Shown here: positions 1 to 9,904 of the stretch, piece after piece
Numbering within the stretch: the stretch's first letter is position 1
Layout of the letters: each line of letters begins with the position of its first letter
DNA from: an uncultured delta proteobacterium
GTDB lineage: Bacteria; Desulfobacterota; Syntrophobacteria; Syntrophobacterales; Syntrophobacteraceae
DNA length: 64,000 nucleotides
NCBI GenBank assembly: GCA_963808625.1
Contig: CAWEHK010000035.1
Span: 1-64,000 of the forward strand
Direction of reading: 5' to 3'
Notes under the pieces: generated by a model
Told to the model about the DNA's origin: nothing
The model's input: the letters and a program-made list of their open reading frames with translations, nothing else
The model's database searches: none
Translations under genes and position numbers: made by a program

Positions 1-3000
1 GAGCGGCGAGGAAAACCACCGAAAACACCAGAAACATGCAGGCGACACTTGCCATGGAAGAGTAGTTGAAGGTCCGCTGGGAAAGGAGGGGTATTCCCAG
101 ATTTGCGCTGAGCTGGGCCAGGATGTAGCCAATGACGGTGGAGATGGCCGCCAGAGAAAGGGCCTCGACGATAAAGAGAAAGCCACATGAATGGGAGCGA
201 GACCCACCGAAGTGTAAGTGCCGATCTCCCGCTGCCTTTCATGAACGTGGCCGATCATGGTATTGAGGGTAATGAAAATGACGATCAGGATCGGCACAAT
301 CAAGTTTGCCACCCCTTGATACCGAACCGCTGTGCTGGCGCTGTGATACCATACCCCGTGCTCGCCGACGAACAGAGGGAAGGCCAGCCACGACGAAAGA
401 TCGCCGGCAATGCCCAACGGACTTTGCCCTTCTTCGGGAATGATCGCCAGGGCTCTAAGAGTGCCCCCGTAATCGATGCACTTCCGGAAGGGGAGAATGA
501 CGGTGGCTTCGAGCGCTGGCATAGCGGAAGCGCTCGTTTTTCGGGAGCACCTCTTCCCCCGATTGGATGGCCTCAATTTCCACCTCGGACAGTTCTTCAC
601 TCTGGCTGATTTCGAGATAAGCCGGGGTGATGGGGTTCTGGTCCAGATCTTTCAATGATTGGAGAAGGGCCTCATCAAAGTAGCCCACCACCTTGAACGG
701 TGAACCCAGGAGCTGAACCCGGGCATTCTGGTCCCGATCGGGGTCCAGACCCAGTTGCCTGGCCATGGCAAGGGAAATCAGGATGGCGTCTTCATCGTCA
801 GCCTGGAACCAGCGCCCGTGTTCACCATCTGAGAAAGTACGCGGGGGTCTTTTGCCCCAATCCCAAAATGCCTTCAACGGGAGCAACCCTCTGGCCTGCG
901 AAAACCCTGGCGATGGTTCGTTCCGAAGCACTGCGCGGGTCAATCCAGGCTCGGGGCCAGATGGCTGTGTCCCCGCCGAACCCTGCCTTCATCGTGGCCA
1001 GGGTCACCGGGGTTAGGGGCATGCGGTACTGGTGGCGCAACAACACCCCTTGATAGGCGGCATCATCCGCAATTCGCGTATCGGTGGTCCTGTGGAAGCT
1101 CTTCACATTGGTAAAGGACATGACCGTAAAGGTCAGAATGATCAACGTGATACAGGTAAGGCCCGTCCTGAGTTTCCGCCGGTTGAGGTTGGACACGCCG
1201 ATGGCGAATCCGGCCCCGAAGGCCTTCATTTTGCTGGCCTGGGGCGTCCCTGGCTGCGACCGGCCCTGCTCGCTGGCCATTTCTTCTTCAAACCTCATGA
1301 AGATGATCCAGGACACCAGCAGGGACAAGCCCACAATGAAGAAGGCGATGATGACCACCATCGGGCTGTAGGTGAGCTTGAACGCGGGGTGCAAAGCGCG
1401 GATGGTGACAATGGTCATCACCAGAATCAGGAGAAAAGCCACCAGTTGCTGATAGATATTGCGAAAGCAGAAGAGATATCGCTCCATGCAGTAGGCAAAG
1501 GGGATAAAAAGCGCAATGAAAAACATGACTCCGGTCAGGACGTCACGCTGGGTGCCTTCGATTTCACTGTAGATCGTAACGAGTCTTGACCATGCGGCAA
1601 TCACGCGGTGCCAGAATTGGCCATACTGGTTCCTGATCAGGTCCTCTTGGGATTCATCGATGGCCTGCACCGATGATTTGTAGAGCCCCTCGAGATACCA
1701 GTTCATGATGCCGTGCCGGAACAGGTTGCCCAGGCGTTCTCCGCCGAGATTTCTCAGGTCCTTCGCCGCCTGGTAAGGCGCGGCGAGAATGGTCGCGGGA
1801 TCGCCAACGAGGAAGCCTTTTCCTGTGGTGCTGTCTGGGGAATTGTTCAGGAGCAGCAATTCCTTGCGGAGAAGCGACTCTGCCATGAGGAGCTTAAACC
1901 GGGTGTTTTTCTCGAGGAATACGGAAACGGCCATGTTGTCGCGGCCATCGACGCGGCTGTACCAGTAGCGGAGGGGCGTTGCTTCCGTCGCCGCATCGAG
2001 CAGCGTCGCTTTGGTGAGGTAGCTCATGTTCTGGGGATTAAAGACGTTGATGACATCGGTCTGGAGGCAGTGGAACATGACCAGTGAGGTCGTGGCCAGA
2101 TCGCCTTTCACTTTGATCCGGTAGTTGACCTTGCGGGTTTGCACCTTATCCGCCGTCCAGGCCACCCTGCCGGTGTCGGGGTCCAGTCCGTAGGGTTCGA
2201 GAATGAGCTTTTCAAGAGAGACTCTTTTGTTTGCCAGACCCGGTACAAAGAAAGTGCCGTCCTGATACACCATCGTGCGGAACACGGCTGTCCCCCTGGA
2301 TGACCGAAATGATCGTTCCCGGGGCCGGCTGGTCGGGGAAGAGTTCCCCTGGCGAATGAACATGGCTTGCCCCTCGAGACTCGCCAGGCCGGCTATCCCG
2401 CCTTCGATGCCGAGGGGAAGGGAGGGATGGGAAAACAGCCGGGAGAGGAGGGGAGGGAGGAACCTCAGAGAGCGGTGATGTTGGCGCTGTCGATGCGGTC
2501 CAGGGTGTCATGAGGAGTGGACCAGAGCGAACGATCATCATCCAGGGTCAGCAGAGAAATCGCCGGAAGACCGGCGAGCAGCCCCACATCACAACAGAGG
2601 GGGCAGCCGGCGGGGACCCTGCCGGCCCCCACGTCACCGCTGACGCCGCCGGGCTCACCGAACATGTTCGGCAACTTCTCGTCACCGGCAACCTTGGCGG
2701 CAACCTGGTTCAGCATGGCGTTCAGCCGGCCGGCCCGCGCCATCCGCTTCACGCTTTGACGGAGGGGATAGGTCGCGCCCATTTCCGCCAAACCGAGATA
2801 AGGGGAATGGGAAGAGAGATGGAGGCTCAGGAAGAGAACGGAGTTGTGTTCATCCACCAGGTTCCTCAGCGCCTCACTGGTCTTGATCGCCTGATGCCGC
2901 AGCTTGATTTCCTTCTGCCTGGCTTTCAAGCTGGGTCGTGCGGATTTGAGGAGATCGAGGGCCATGGGCCGCTGTTCGGGGGTCAGTTCGCCCAGGCTCG

Positions 3001-4202
3001 TGATCCACGAAAGGTGTCGATAGGGTTTCGGGTCTTCCCGATCGCTTTGACGCCCCTCGTTAAGATGGGCTTGCTGATACTGGACCTCTCTGATGAGCGC
3101 ATCCGCTTTGTCCTTCGCTCTTTCGAGCAGGATCTGCAGCACCAGCTCCTGGTCTTTCGAGTCGTCCACGGCAAGGGGTCTTCCTTCTGCAGCAGATCGA
3201 GCTCCCGGCCAGCACGCTGTCGCTGGTCCTGCAGGCGCTTGGATTCTTTCCGCAGCAGTTTCTTCCGTGCGGTTACCGACCAGATGAACTGGCGCATGCC
3301 GGCGAAACCCTGACCATTGCCGGCAGTGGCCAGAAAGAGCACACTCCGCTCCGGGGGATCGCGAGCCAGTTGGCGCGCGACCGGAGGAGCATCGCGATGG
3401 AAGTGGCTTCATCGGCCCCGGGGGCCAGCCCCAGGACCTGGGCGGAAGCGTCATAAAAGGTTTCCAGAACGATCAGTTCGCCTTTGAGTTGCGGGTTCTT
3501 GCCCGGGAGAAAGCCGTAGCAATTCCTGACCATCTTGTGGTGCCATCCGGTCTTGGACTTGATGGTTACTGCCGGGACCTTCTTAACGGCAAGTTTCTTC
3601 AGCTTTTCTCCGGTTTCGGGGTGTTGCCCAAAACCGCGGAAAGGCAACCGGAGTGGGAATGTTCTTCTGCTGAAACTCACCCTTGATGGCATTACGGTCG
3701 CCGAGAAAGATCAGAGCGCTCGCTCCAAGCATGGCGGCGTTGGTCCAATTCTCCCACGAGGACATCTCCATGAGGACGATGCTGCCCTTAACGTTCCTTC
3801 CGTTGAAATGTTCGAAGTCTCCGTCTTCAGCATAGAGAAGAGGCCCCTCGAGTCCCATCTCGGGGGTCCTGGGAAGGTAGACGAGGTTGGGGCCCCAGGG
3901 GTAAAGGTCAAGCTTTTCACCATCCCCTTCCAGGGATGCCGAGGCCACTTCCGGGATCGGGAGGAGGAACTCCTGGGAACCGACGTCGTTAAGGCCGGCG
4001 TCGGAGAAGACTTTCAGAATGTAATCGGCAGCATCTTCCGCCCCCTGGCTGCCGGTCGAGCGGTCCTTGAGGCGGCTGAAGAATAGCAATGTCATTCATC
4101 ACCTGCTGAGCGACCCGCAAGCGGACCGGGTGAGCAAATAAAACCAGAGCAGAGGAGTGCCAGAAACACCGGCGCCATCAGACCTATGACTTCTGACCTC
4201 AA
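1..4202 (-). CDS. Large M28-peptidase-like / FtsX-type ABC permease fusion protein (several frameshifts; runs off the left edge)
   Basis: Joined ORFs 3583-4095, 3273-3692, 2465-3454, 822-2363, 455-943. Signal-like N-terminus after aggagga; 'DRSTGSQGAEDAADYI', 'FYDASAQVLGLAPGADEA', 'LHLSSH', multiple TM helices and 'NLNRRKLRTGLT' permease-type segment. Confidence 0.7.
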
Positions 4203-4223
4203 TCCTCCTGGGACTTCTGCTGG

Positions 4224-4323
4224 TCACTGACCACTGGCCACTGCTTCCCTCCTGGGGCTTCAGCTCGACCACTGACCACTGACCACTGACTACTGATTAC
4301 TGGCCACTGACCACTGACCACTG
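4224..4323. repeat. Heptamer tandem repeat (CACTGAC)n, intergenic
   Basis: ccactgaccactgaccactgactactgattactggccactgaccactgaccactg read directly. Confidence 0.9.
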
Positions 4324-4349
4324 CTCTCCCCGCTGCTCTCGACATGGCT

Positions 4350-5086
4350 CTACCCCACCTCGCCCACCGAAATCTTCAGATCCCGGCGCTCCTCGACGCG
4401 GTCGATCCGCCCGTCGCGAATCCAGACGATGCGGTCGGAGACGTTCAGCATCTTGATGTCGTGAGTTGCCGAAATGATCGTAACGCCCCGTTCGGTGGAG
4501 AGCTGTTTGAGCAGAGTGATGATTTCCTCGCCCGTGGTAAGGTCGAGGTTGCCGGTGGGTTCGTCGGCGAGAATGATGGCCGGGCTGTTGGCCAGGGCGC
4601 GGGCGATGGCAACGCGCTGCTGCTGCCCGCCGGAAAGCTCGGGGGGCTTGTGCTGATAGCGCTCGGCCGAGGCCCACCAGTCCGCAGCAGCTCCATGCCC
4701 TTTTCCAGGCATTCGTCGCGGTTCATGCCGGCGAAGATCATGGGCAGCGTGACGTTCTCGATGGCGGTCATGACCGGGATCAGGTTGAAGGTCTGGAAGA
4801 TGTAGCCGATCTTGCGGCAGCGCAGCCAGGCCAGCTCGTAGGCATCGAGCTGGGCGATGTCCACCTCGTCAATGAAGACGCGGCCCGTGGTGGGTTTGTC
4901 CAGCGCCCCGATCATGTTGAAAAGGGTGGATTTGCCGGAACCGGAGGGGCCCATGATCGAGAGGTATTCGCCGGCCTTGATGGCGAAGTTGATCCCTTTG
5001 AGGGCCTCGACCCGATTGTTTCCCATCCGAAAGACTTTCGTCACATCGGAAAGTCTGACCACATTATGGTTGCCCTGCGACTCCAT
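4350..5086 (-). CDS. ABC transporter ATP-binding protein (LolD/MacB-like), frameshift near 4675
   Basis: Walker [10 protein letters not shown] in ORF 4445-5086; [15 protein letters not shown] and [11 protein letters not shown] in ORF 4350-4712. Confidence 0.9.
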
Positions 5087-5101
5087 ACGGTCCCTTCTCT
5101 A

Positions 5102-5755
5102 TTATTCCGCGCGCAACGCTACTGCCGGTTCCATCCGCGCCGCCACCAGCGCCGGATACATCACGCCCAGGAGCGAAAGGAGCGCGGCAAGGAACAGGGC
5201 ATAGGCAACAGTGAGGAGCATCTGCAGCAGTGGCCAGAAGAGCAGGGCGGCCCATCCCAGTTTCAGGGTGAGGGAAAGAGTGGATACCAGAATGCCCATG
5301 ACACTGCCGACCAACCCGCCGAAGATCCCCTGGTAGATTCCCTCGAGGACAAAAATGCGCACCACAAAGCTGTTGAGAGCGCCCAGGCATTTGAAGGTGC
5401 CGATCTCCCGAAACCTTTCCGTAACGGCCATGAGCTGCGCATTGACAATGCCCACGACACAGACGATGAGCGACAGCATGGCCAGCCAGCGATCCTTGGG
5501 ACTGCTGCCGAAGTGGCCGTCGGTCATTTCGTAGCCACTGTTCAGGATGTCCTCTTGAAGCGCTGAATCGACATGCGGCCAGACGGAATTCAGAATCGCG
5601 TATCCCGACCAGATGTAGGCCACAAAAGCAATGGCCAGGGCGAGGCTGGCCATCGTGATGAGCGACCGGGACAGGCGGACCCTCATGGAATTGAAGGAAA
5701 TCCTCACGACCTGAGCAAAAGGCAAGACCACCTGTCTTTCAACTGATTGGGACAT
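5102..5755 (-). CDS. FtsX-like ABC permease (small)
   Basis: 'NAQLMAVTERFREIGTFKCLGA', 'YPALVAARMEPAVALR'. Confidence 0.85.
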   Translation of the reverse strand: MSQSVERQVVLPFAQVVRISFNSMRVRLSRSLITMASLALAIAFVAYIWSGYAILNSVWPHVDSALQEDILNSGYEMTDGHFGSSPKDRWLAMLSLIVCVVGIVNAQLMAVTERFREIGTFKCLGALNSFVVRIFVLEGIYQGIFGGLVGSVMGILVSTLSLTLKLGWAALLFWPLLQMLLTVAYALFLAALLSLLGVMYPALVAARMEPAVALRAE

Positions 5756-5983
5756 TTACCTTTACCCGTACCCGCGTTGCAGGTTTGAGTGCAATCAGGG
5801 CTCCCGGCCAGTACCGGCTGTGGCAATGGCACGGCACCCTCTGTTCGATAATAAAGACTTGCTTCGATGGCGTAGATCTGCTGTTCGAACGGGGATGCAG
5901 ATTAACATCTTAATGGCGGATGGAAGATTTTTCAACCAAAACGGCAGGGTTTTATGGCCGTTGCAAAACAAGTGGTCAGCAAT
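5223..5983. repeat. 761-bp imperfect direct repeat, copy 1 (5' part of permease gene plus upstream region)
   Basis: Aligns by eye with 16858-17618 from tgcagcagtggccag to aaacaagtggtcag(c/t)aat. Confidence 0.95.
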
Positions 5984-6263
5984 CTTCCAGCTTCACAGTC
6001 ATATAAAATCGATGGCTGTCTTTGTGCCAAATTATTTTCTGCGTGCAGACCAATTGGAGGAGGCGCCTGCTGGAATCACCAGACGAGCAATAACCCACGG
6101 ATTGTTTGACTTATCTGAAAAGCAGCCGGACGTTTTCAAGACCTACGCTGTGGACGAATGGGTCATGCGGAAGTTCAAGTTCGGAAACCATATCAATGAC
6201 CGTTACCGGTGGCATTCCCGTCTGTGATATAATGTCTTCACACCTGACCAAAGAGGAATTCGC

Positions 6264-6935
6264 ATGGTTTTTGTGCCCAATCTGACCATCCTTCCGCCGC
6301 CTCAACTCCGCTTGTGGCCGGAGCTTGATGCCACGCCCGAACATTTCACCCTCTACGGTGGGACGGCGCTGGCGTTGCGGCTCGGACACCGGAGCTCGGT
6401 CGATTTTGATTTCTTTTCCAACCGGTCTTTTGACCCGGACGAACTCGCGGAGGCGATCCCTTACCTCAAGGGGGCCGAGCGTGTGCAGGTTGCTCCCAAT
6501 ACCCTGAAATGTCGCGTGGAGCGTGGCGGACCGGTCTTGCTTTCGTTCTTCGGCGGCCTTGGGCTTGGACAGGCCGCGCCGCGTGAGCAAGTGCAGGGGC
6601 GCATCCTCTATGTGGCTTCGCTGCTTGATCTGGCCGGGACGAAGGTTGCAGTGGTGCAGAAACGGGCCGAGGCAAGGGACTATCTCGACATCGATGCGCT
6701 GATCCAGCACGGCATCGACTTACCGATGGCGCTTGCAGCGGGGCAGATCGTTTATGGACGCAGTTTCAATCCCATGATTACGTTGAAGGCTCTGACCTTT
6801 TTTGATGATCTGCCAACCTTGTCCGCCGAGGTCAGGCAACGGCTCATCGCCGCCGTTGAGGCTGTCGATCCGACCGGACTTCCCGTGCTCACGCCGTATG
6901 CCAGGCGCAAAGAGGAAAACGAACACGCACCATGA
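6264..6935 (+). CDS. Nucleotidyltransferase, AbiEii/AbiGii toxin family (type IV TA)
   Basis: 'LYGGTALALRLGHRSSVDFDFF', 'KVAVVQKRAEARDYLDI'. Confidence 0.85.
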   Translation: MVFVPNLTILPPPQLRLWPELDATPEHFTLYGGTALALRLGHRSSVDFDFFSNRSFDPDELAEAIPYLKGAERVQVAPNTLKCRVERGGPVLLSFFGGLGLGQAAPREQVQGRILYVASLLDLAGTKVAVVQKRAEARDYLDIDALIQHGIDLPMALAAGQIVYGRSFNPMITLKALTFFDDLPTLSAEVRQRLIAAVEAVDPTGLPVLTPYARRKEENEHAP

Positions 6936-7243
6936 AGCCTTTGCCCGCAACGCCCGAATTGCTGAACGTGGCCCGCCGCGTCGTCTGGTTCAAGGAGCCG
7001 GAGGAGGCGCTCGCCGATCCCGTGCATTTTCTCGCGCACGTCATGACCTACGGCACGATTGAAGATTTGAAGGCGCTTGCGGGCATAGTCGAGCAAGCGG
7101 AATTGTGCGAGGTCTTGGACCATGCCCCGCCCGGCATCTTTGATTCGCGCTCCTGGGCCTACTGGAATCTGAAGTGCGGACGGCAGCCCGCACCGCCCTT
7201 GCCGAACCGGACCGGACTTCAACGAGGAAGCCCAAGCCCTTAG
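6932..7243 (+). CDS. Small partner protein of the nucleotidyltransferase (putative antitoxin)
   Basis: ATGA overlap with toxin; 'ARRVVWF...FLAHVMTYGTIEDL...PGIFDSRSWAYW'. Confidence 0.6.
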   Translation: MKPLPATPELLNVARRVVWFKEPEEALADPVHFLAHVMTYGTIEDLKALAGIVEQAELCEVLDHAPPGIFDSRSWAYWNLKCGRQPAPPLPNRTGLQRGSPSP

Positions 7244-7610
7244 CTTCCCAGCTTCCTCCCCCTGCTGCCCTGCTGGGAACTTCACCAAATTCGGCGCTCC
7301 CCTTTCTCCCAAGGCAGTTTCACGTGGCGGCGGTGGAGAACCACGATTAAAGAGACATCTAAGGGTATGATCAAGATTGCGTCGGTGACGATGAACGGAC
7401 CCTGCAACTCTGGGCTGCTCAGAAGGTCCTGGTGCAGAAGGACTCAAGATCTTCGGTGCCATTGCGACGGAGGTAGCGTATGAAATGCGCTTTCCACTGT
7501 CAACTGCATCACGTGTAGCCTCACCGCTCCCCGCACATGACTTGGCCCGACCCTAATGGTTACAGGAGCTCACGTCCAGGGCCTGGGGCGTCTAAATCGG
7601 CCCTCAAACG

Positions 7611-9721
7611 TTGACCGGTTTTTGGCTTAGGTCGTCATGTGAGGCAGCCCCAGGTCCCGGAATATCGTGTTTTCACCGGCGTTTCATGAGTAACCTTGTT
7701 GAATTTGGCACTGTGGATGGGGGCCGCCAGTGTTTGGACAACATACTGGAAACTCAATTATTTTTGCATCTTTTGGCCGGTTTTTGGAGCCTGGAAATAG
7801 CGCGACATGAGTATGGGCTTGGTTGGTGTTCAACTGCTCGATTCGATTTGGATGAGCCAGCACCTCACGTCTCTGCTTTGTCAAAGAGATGAACTGATCG
7901 GTGAGCTCGCGTTGCTCAGCAACCGTGATCTTGAGCACGTGCTCGGCTTCCGTCCGGGTCGGAGTGCCACACAAGGCGGGCAGGCGAATCGCGATCCGAT
8001 CTGCATCCTTTATCTGCCCTACACCGAGTTGCTTTGCCAGCCCAAACAGTGATTCGATAGGATCTGAACTGATCGTTAAACCAACATCGTCGAGATTGAG
8101 CTCCCTGGCGATATCGAGTTGGCGATTGAGATAGGTGAGGAAACCGTGACGCACACGGACTGTGGGGATGCTTTGGATAATCGGCTTGCACTGTGCGATG
8201 GTAGAGTGGCTCAGGCCTTGGGTTTTGAGAATCTTCTGGCACTCGAGCAGGGCCACGGCATCATCGCGAAATTTTCTGATAAAGGATCTGCACAAGGGAA
8301 GCTTGTCAAGACATGCTCGTAGTTTCGATAGCATGGAGCGCTTTGCGGCGCCTCCTGGCTGCGATAGCTTGAGGAGTCGATCTGCCCAGATGATCAGGCG
8401 GTGTACATTCATAAACCGCGCTTTGGTGTGTACTTTGGGTGGGGACAGACATGCCAGAACAGTTTGTTTGAGCTTGCCGGATACGGAACCACAAGCCGAC
8501 AGGAAGGTCTCGAACAACGGATGGTCCTGGTACCAATGCTTGAGCAGATTGGCAATCAAGTGAGAAATGTCATCGATGCAAGGGCTTGCAAGCCCACGCT
8601 CATCCAATAACCGTATGGCTTTCTGCAGGTCGCAGCCACCGTCTTTGAGGTACGCGACGGGGCGGCCCGTTACGGCAATGATTTTCTCAAGAACGCTCGC
8701 GATGGTGTTGCCCGTCCAGGAATCGGCAACTGACACCATCATACATTGTACATCTTGAAAGCCGGGAGCGACTGTGGAGAATTGATGGTGATGAGCGTCG
8801 AGAGCCAAGACCGTCAGAATCTTGCCCGTGCCCAGAGCAATGGTGATGTCGATCATCCAGATCAACCCATTGCAAAACGGCGCACTGGGCAGTGGTCGGC
8901 CCTTCAACATCGAGGCCGCCTGGATGCGCACCAGCGAGAGTCTGGTCACCCAGTTGATAACCGTTTGGGGACAGGGTACTTTCGGAATGCCAAGGGCTGG
9001 AGCCAGTACGTGCAATACTCGGCAGACAGCCCGAAACCCGATGTGGGCCACCAAAAACAGTTGCAGTGCCAGCAAGACCAAGTCCACTTTGTGTTGAACG
9101 ACAAGTACCTGGCTCTGCGCCTCCAACCGGCGCAGGTCAGCTCGGGTCTCTTTGAGCTCTTTCTTGAAGCGATCCCGCTCCTTCTTGATCCGGGTCAATT
9201 CCTTGTGCAGATACCGATTCTTCTCACCTCGCTGCCCGGCCTTGAATTTCCACTGACTTCGGCTCTGCCTGAGCTTGGACCGTTGGCTCATTGCTCATTC
9301 TCCTGTCAAAGCAAACGATTAGCAATGATGCCTTCAATGAAGAGCCGGTTTCCTTTAAGTCATCCAAGCGACATGACCAATCTTGCTGCAATCCTGCCGT
9401 TCATGGGCATCTGCCTGTCAGAGACAGGTGCCCATGATATTTATAGCAAGATTGCACAAAAGTCCCGAGTTTTCGCACAATGTGGGTGTTCAGAGGAAAA
9501 CGCTCGAAAAGACCGGAAGAGCCCGGGTCAACAAGGCTTAACGGCGCAAAACGATACGTACCATGATCTAGATCAGAATGTCATGCATGGGGAAGGCGAA
9601 TGAAACCCCAGCTTGGGGGGACAACTATGAGGTCCAAAACCCGGGCAGCAAATTTGCCAGTCAGAGGCTGTTTTTGGACGCCCCGTAACGCCCTATGAGG
9701 CTAAAACCACCATATGGTCAA
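7611..9721 (-). mobile_element. Putative insertion sequence, family unassigned
   Basis: Contains the 535-aa DDE-like ORF; imperfect inverted ends ttgacc...tcat (7611) / atgagg...ggtcaa (9721); no clear target duplication. Confidence 0.5.
7684..9291 (-). CDS. Putative DDE transposase
   Basis: N-terminal coiled coil and HTH-like 'PCPQTVINWV'; acidic triad candidates WMID, KDGG, SSDPIESLFG. Confidence 0.65.
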   Translation of the reverse strand: MSQRSKLRQSRSQWKFKAGQRGEKNRYLHKELTRIKKERDRFKKELKETRADLRRLEAQSQVLVVQHKVDLVLLALQLFLVAHIGFRAVCRVLHVLAPALGIPKVPCPQTVINWVTRLSLVRIQAASMLKGRPLPSAPFCNGLIWMIDITIALGTGKILTVLALDAHHHQFSTVAPGFQDVQCMMVSVADSWTGNTIASVLEKIIAVTGRPVAYLKDGGCDLQKAIRLLDERGLASPCIDDISHLIANLLKHWYQDHPLFETFLSACGSVSGKLKQTVLACLSPPKVHTKARFMNVHRLIIWADRLLKLSQPGGAAKRSMLSKLRACLDKLPLCRSFIRKFRDDAVALLECQKILKTQGLSHSTIAQCKPIIQSIPTVRVRHGFLTYLNRQLDIARELNLDDVGLTISSDPIESLFGLAKQLGVGQIKDADRIAIRLPALCGTPTRTEAEHVLKITVAEQRELTDQFISLTKQRREVLAHPNRIEQLNTNQAHTHVALFPGSKNRPKDAKIIEFPVCCPNTGGPHPQCQIQQGYS

Positions 9722-9904
9722 TCGGCGCGGCAGCGCGTTTTCTCCCCCTGGGTTTGATGATACGCACATGTTCTTATAAGATGGAATACTCGCCCTGATG
9801 GCCGAGTGCTCTTATCTACTCGAGGCCCCGCACTGCGCTCAGATGTGTTCCCACAACCAGACAGCCGATCTTATCCTTGATAGACGTGACTTTATTATGG
9901 TCCC

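Noticed and set aside
5790..5806. Sigma-54 -24/-12 promoter upstream of the permease (minus strand gg-agccctgatt-gc)
   Set aside because: Spacing fits, but the TGGCAC part is poor; insufficient on its own.
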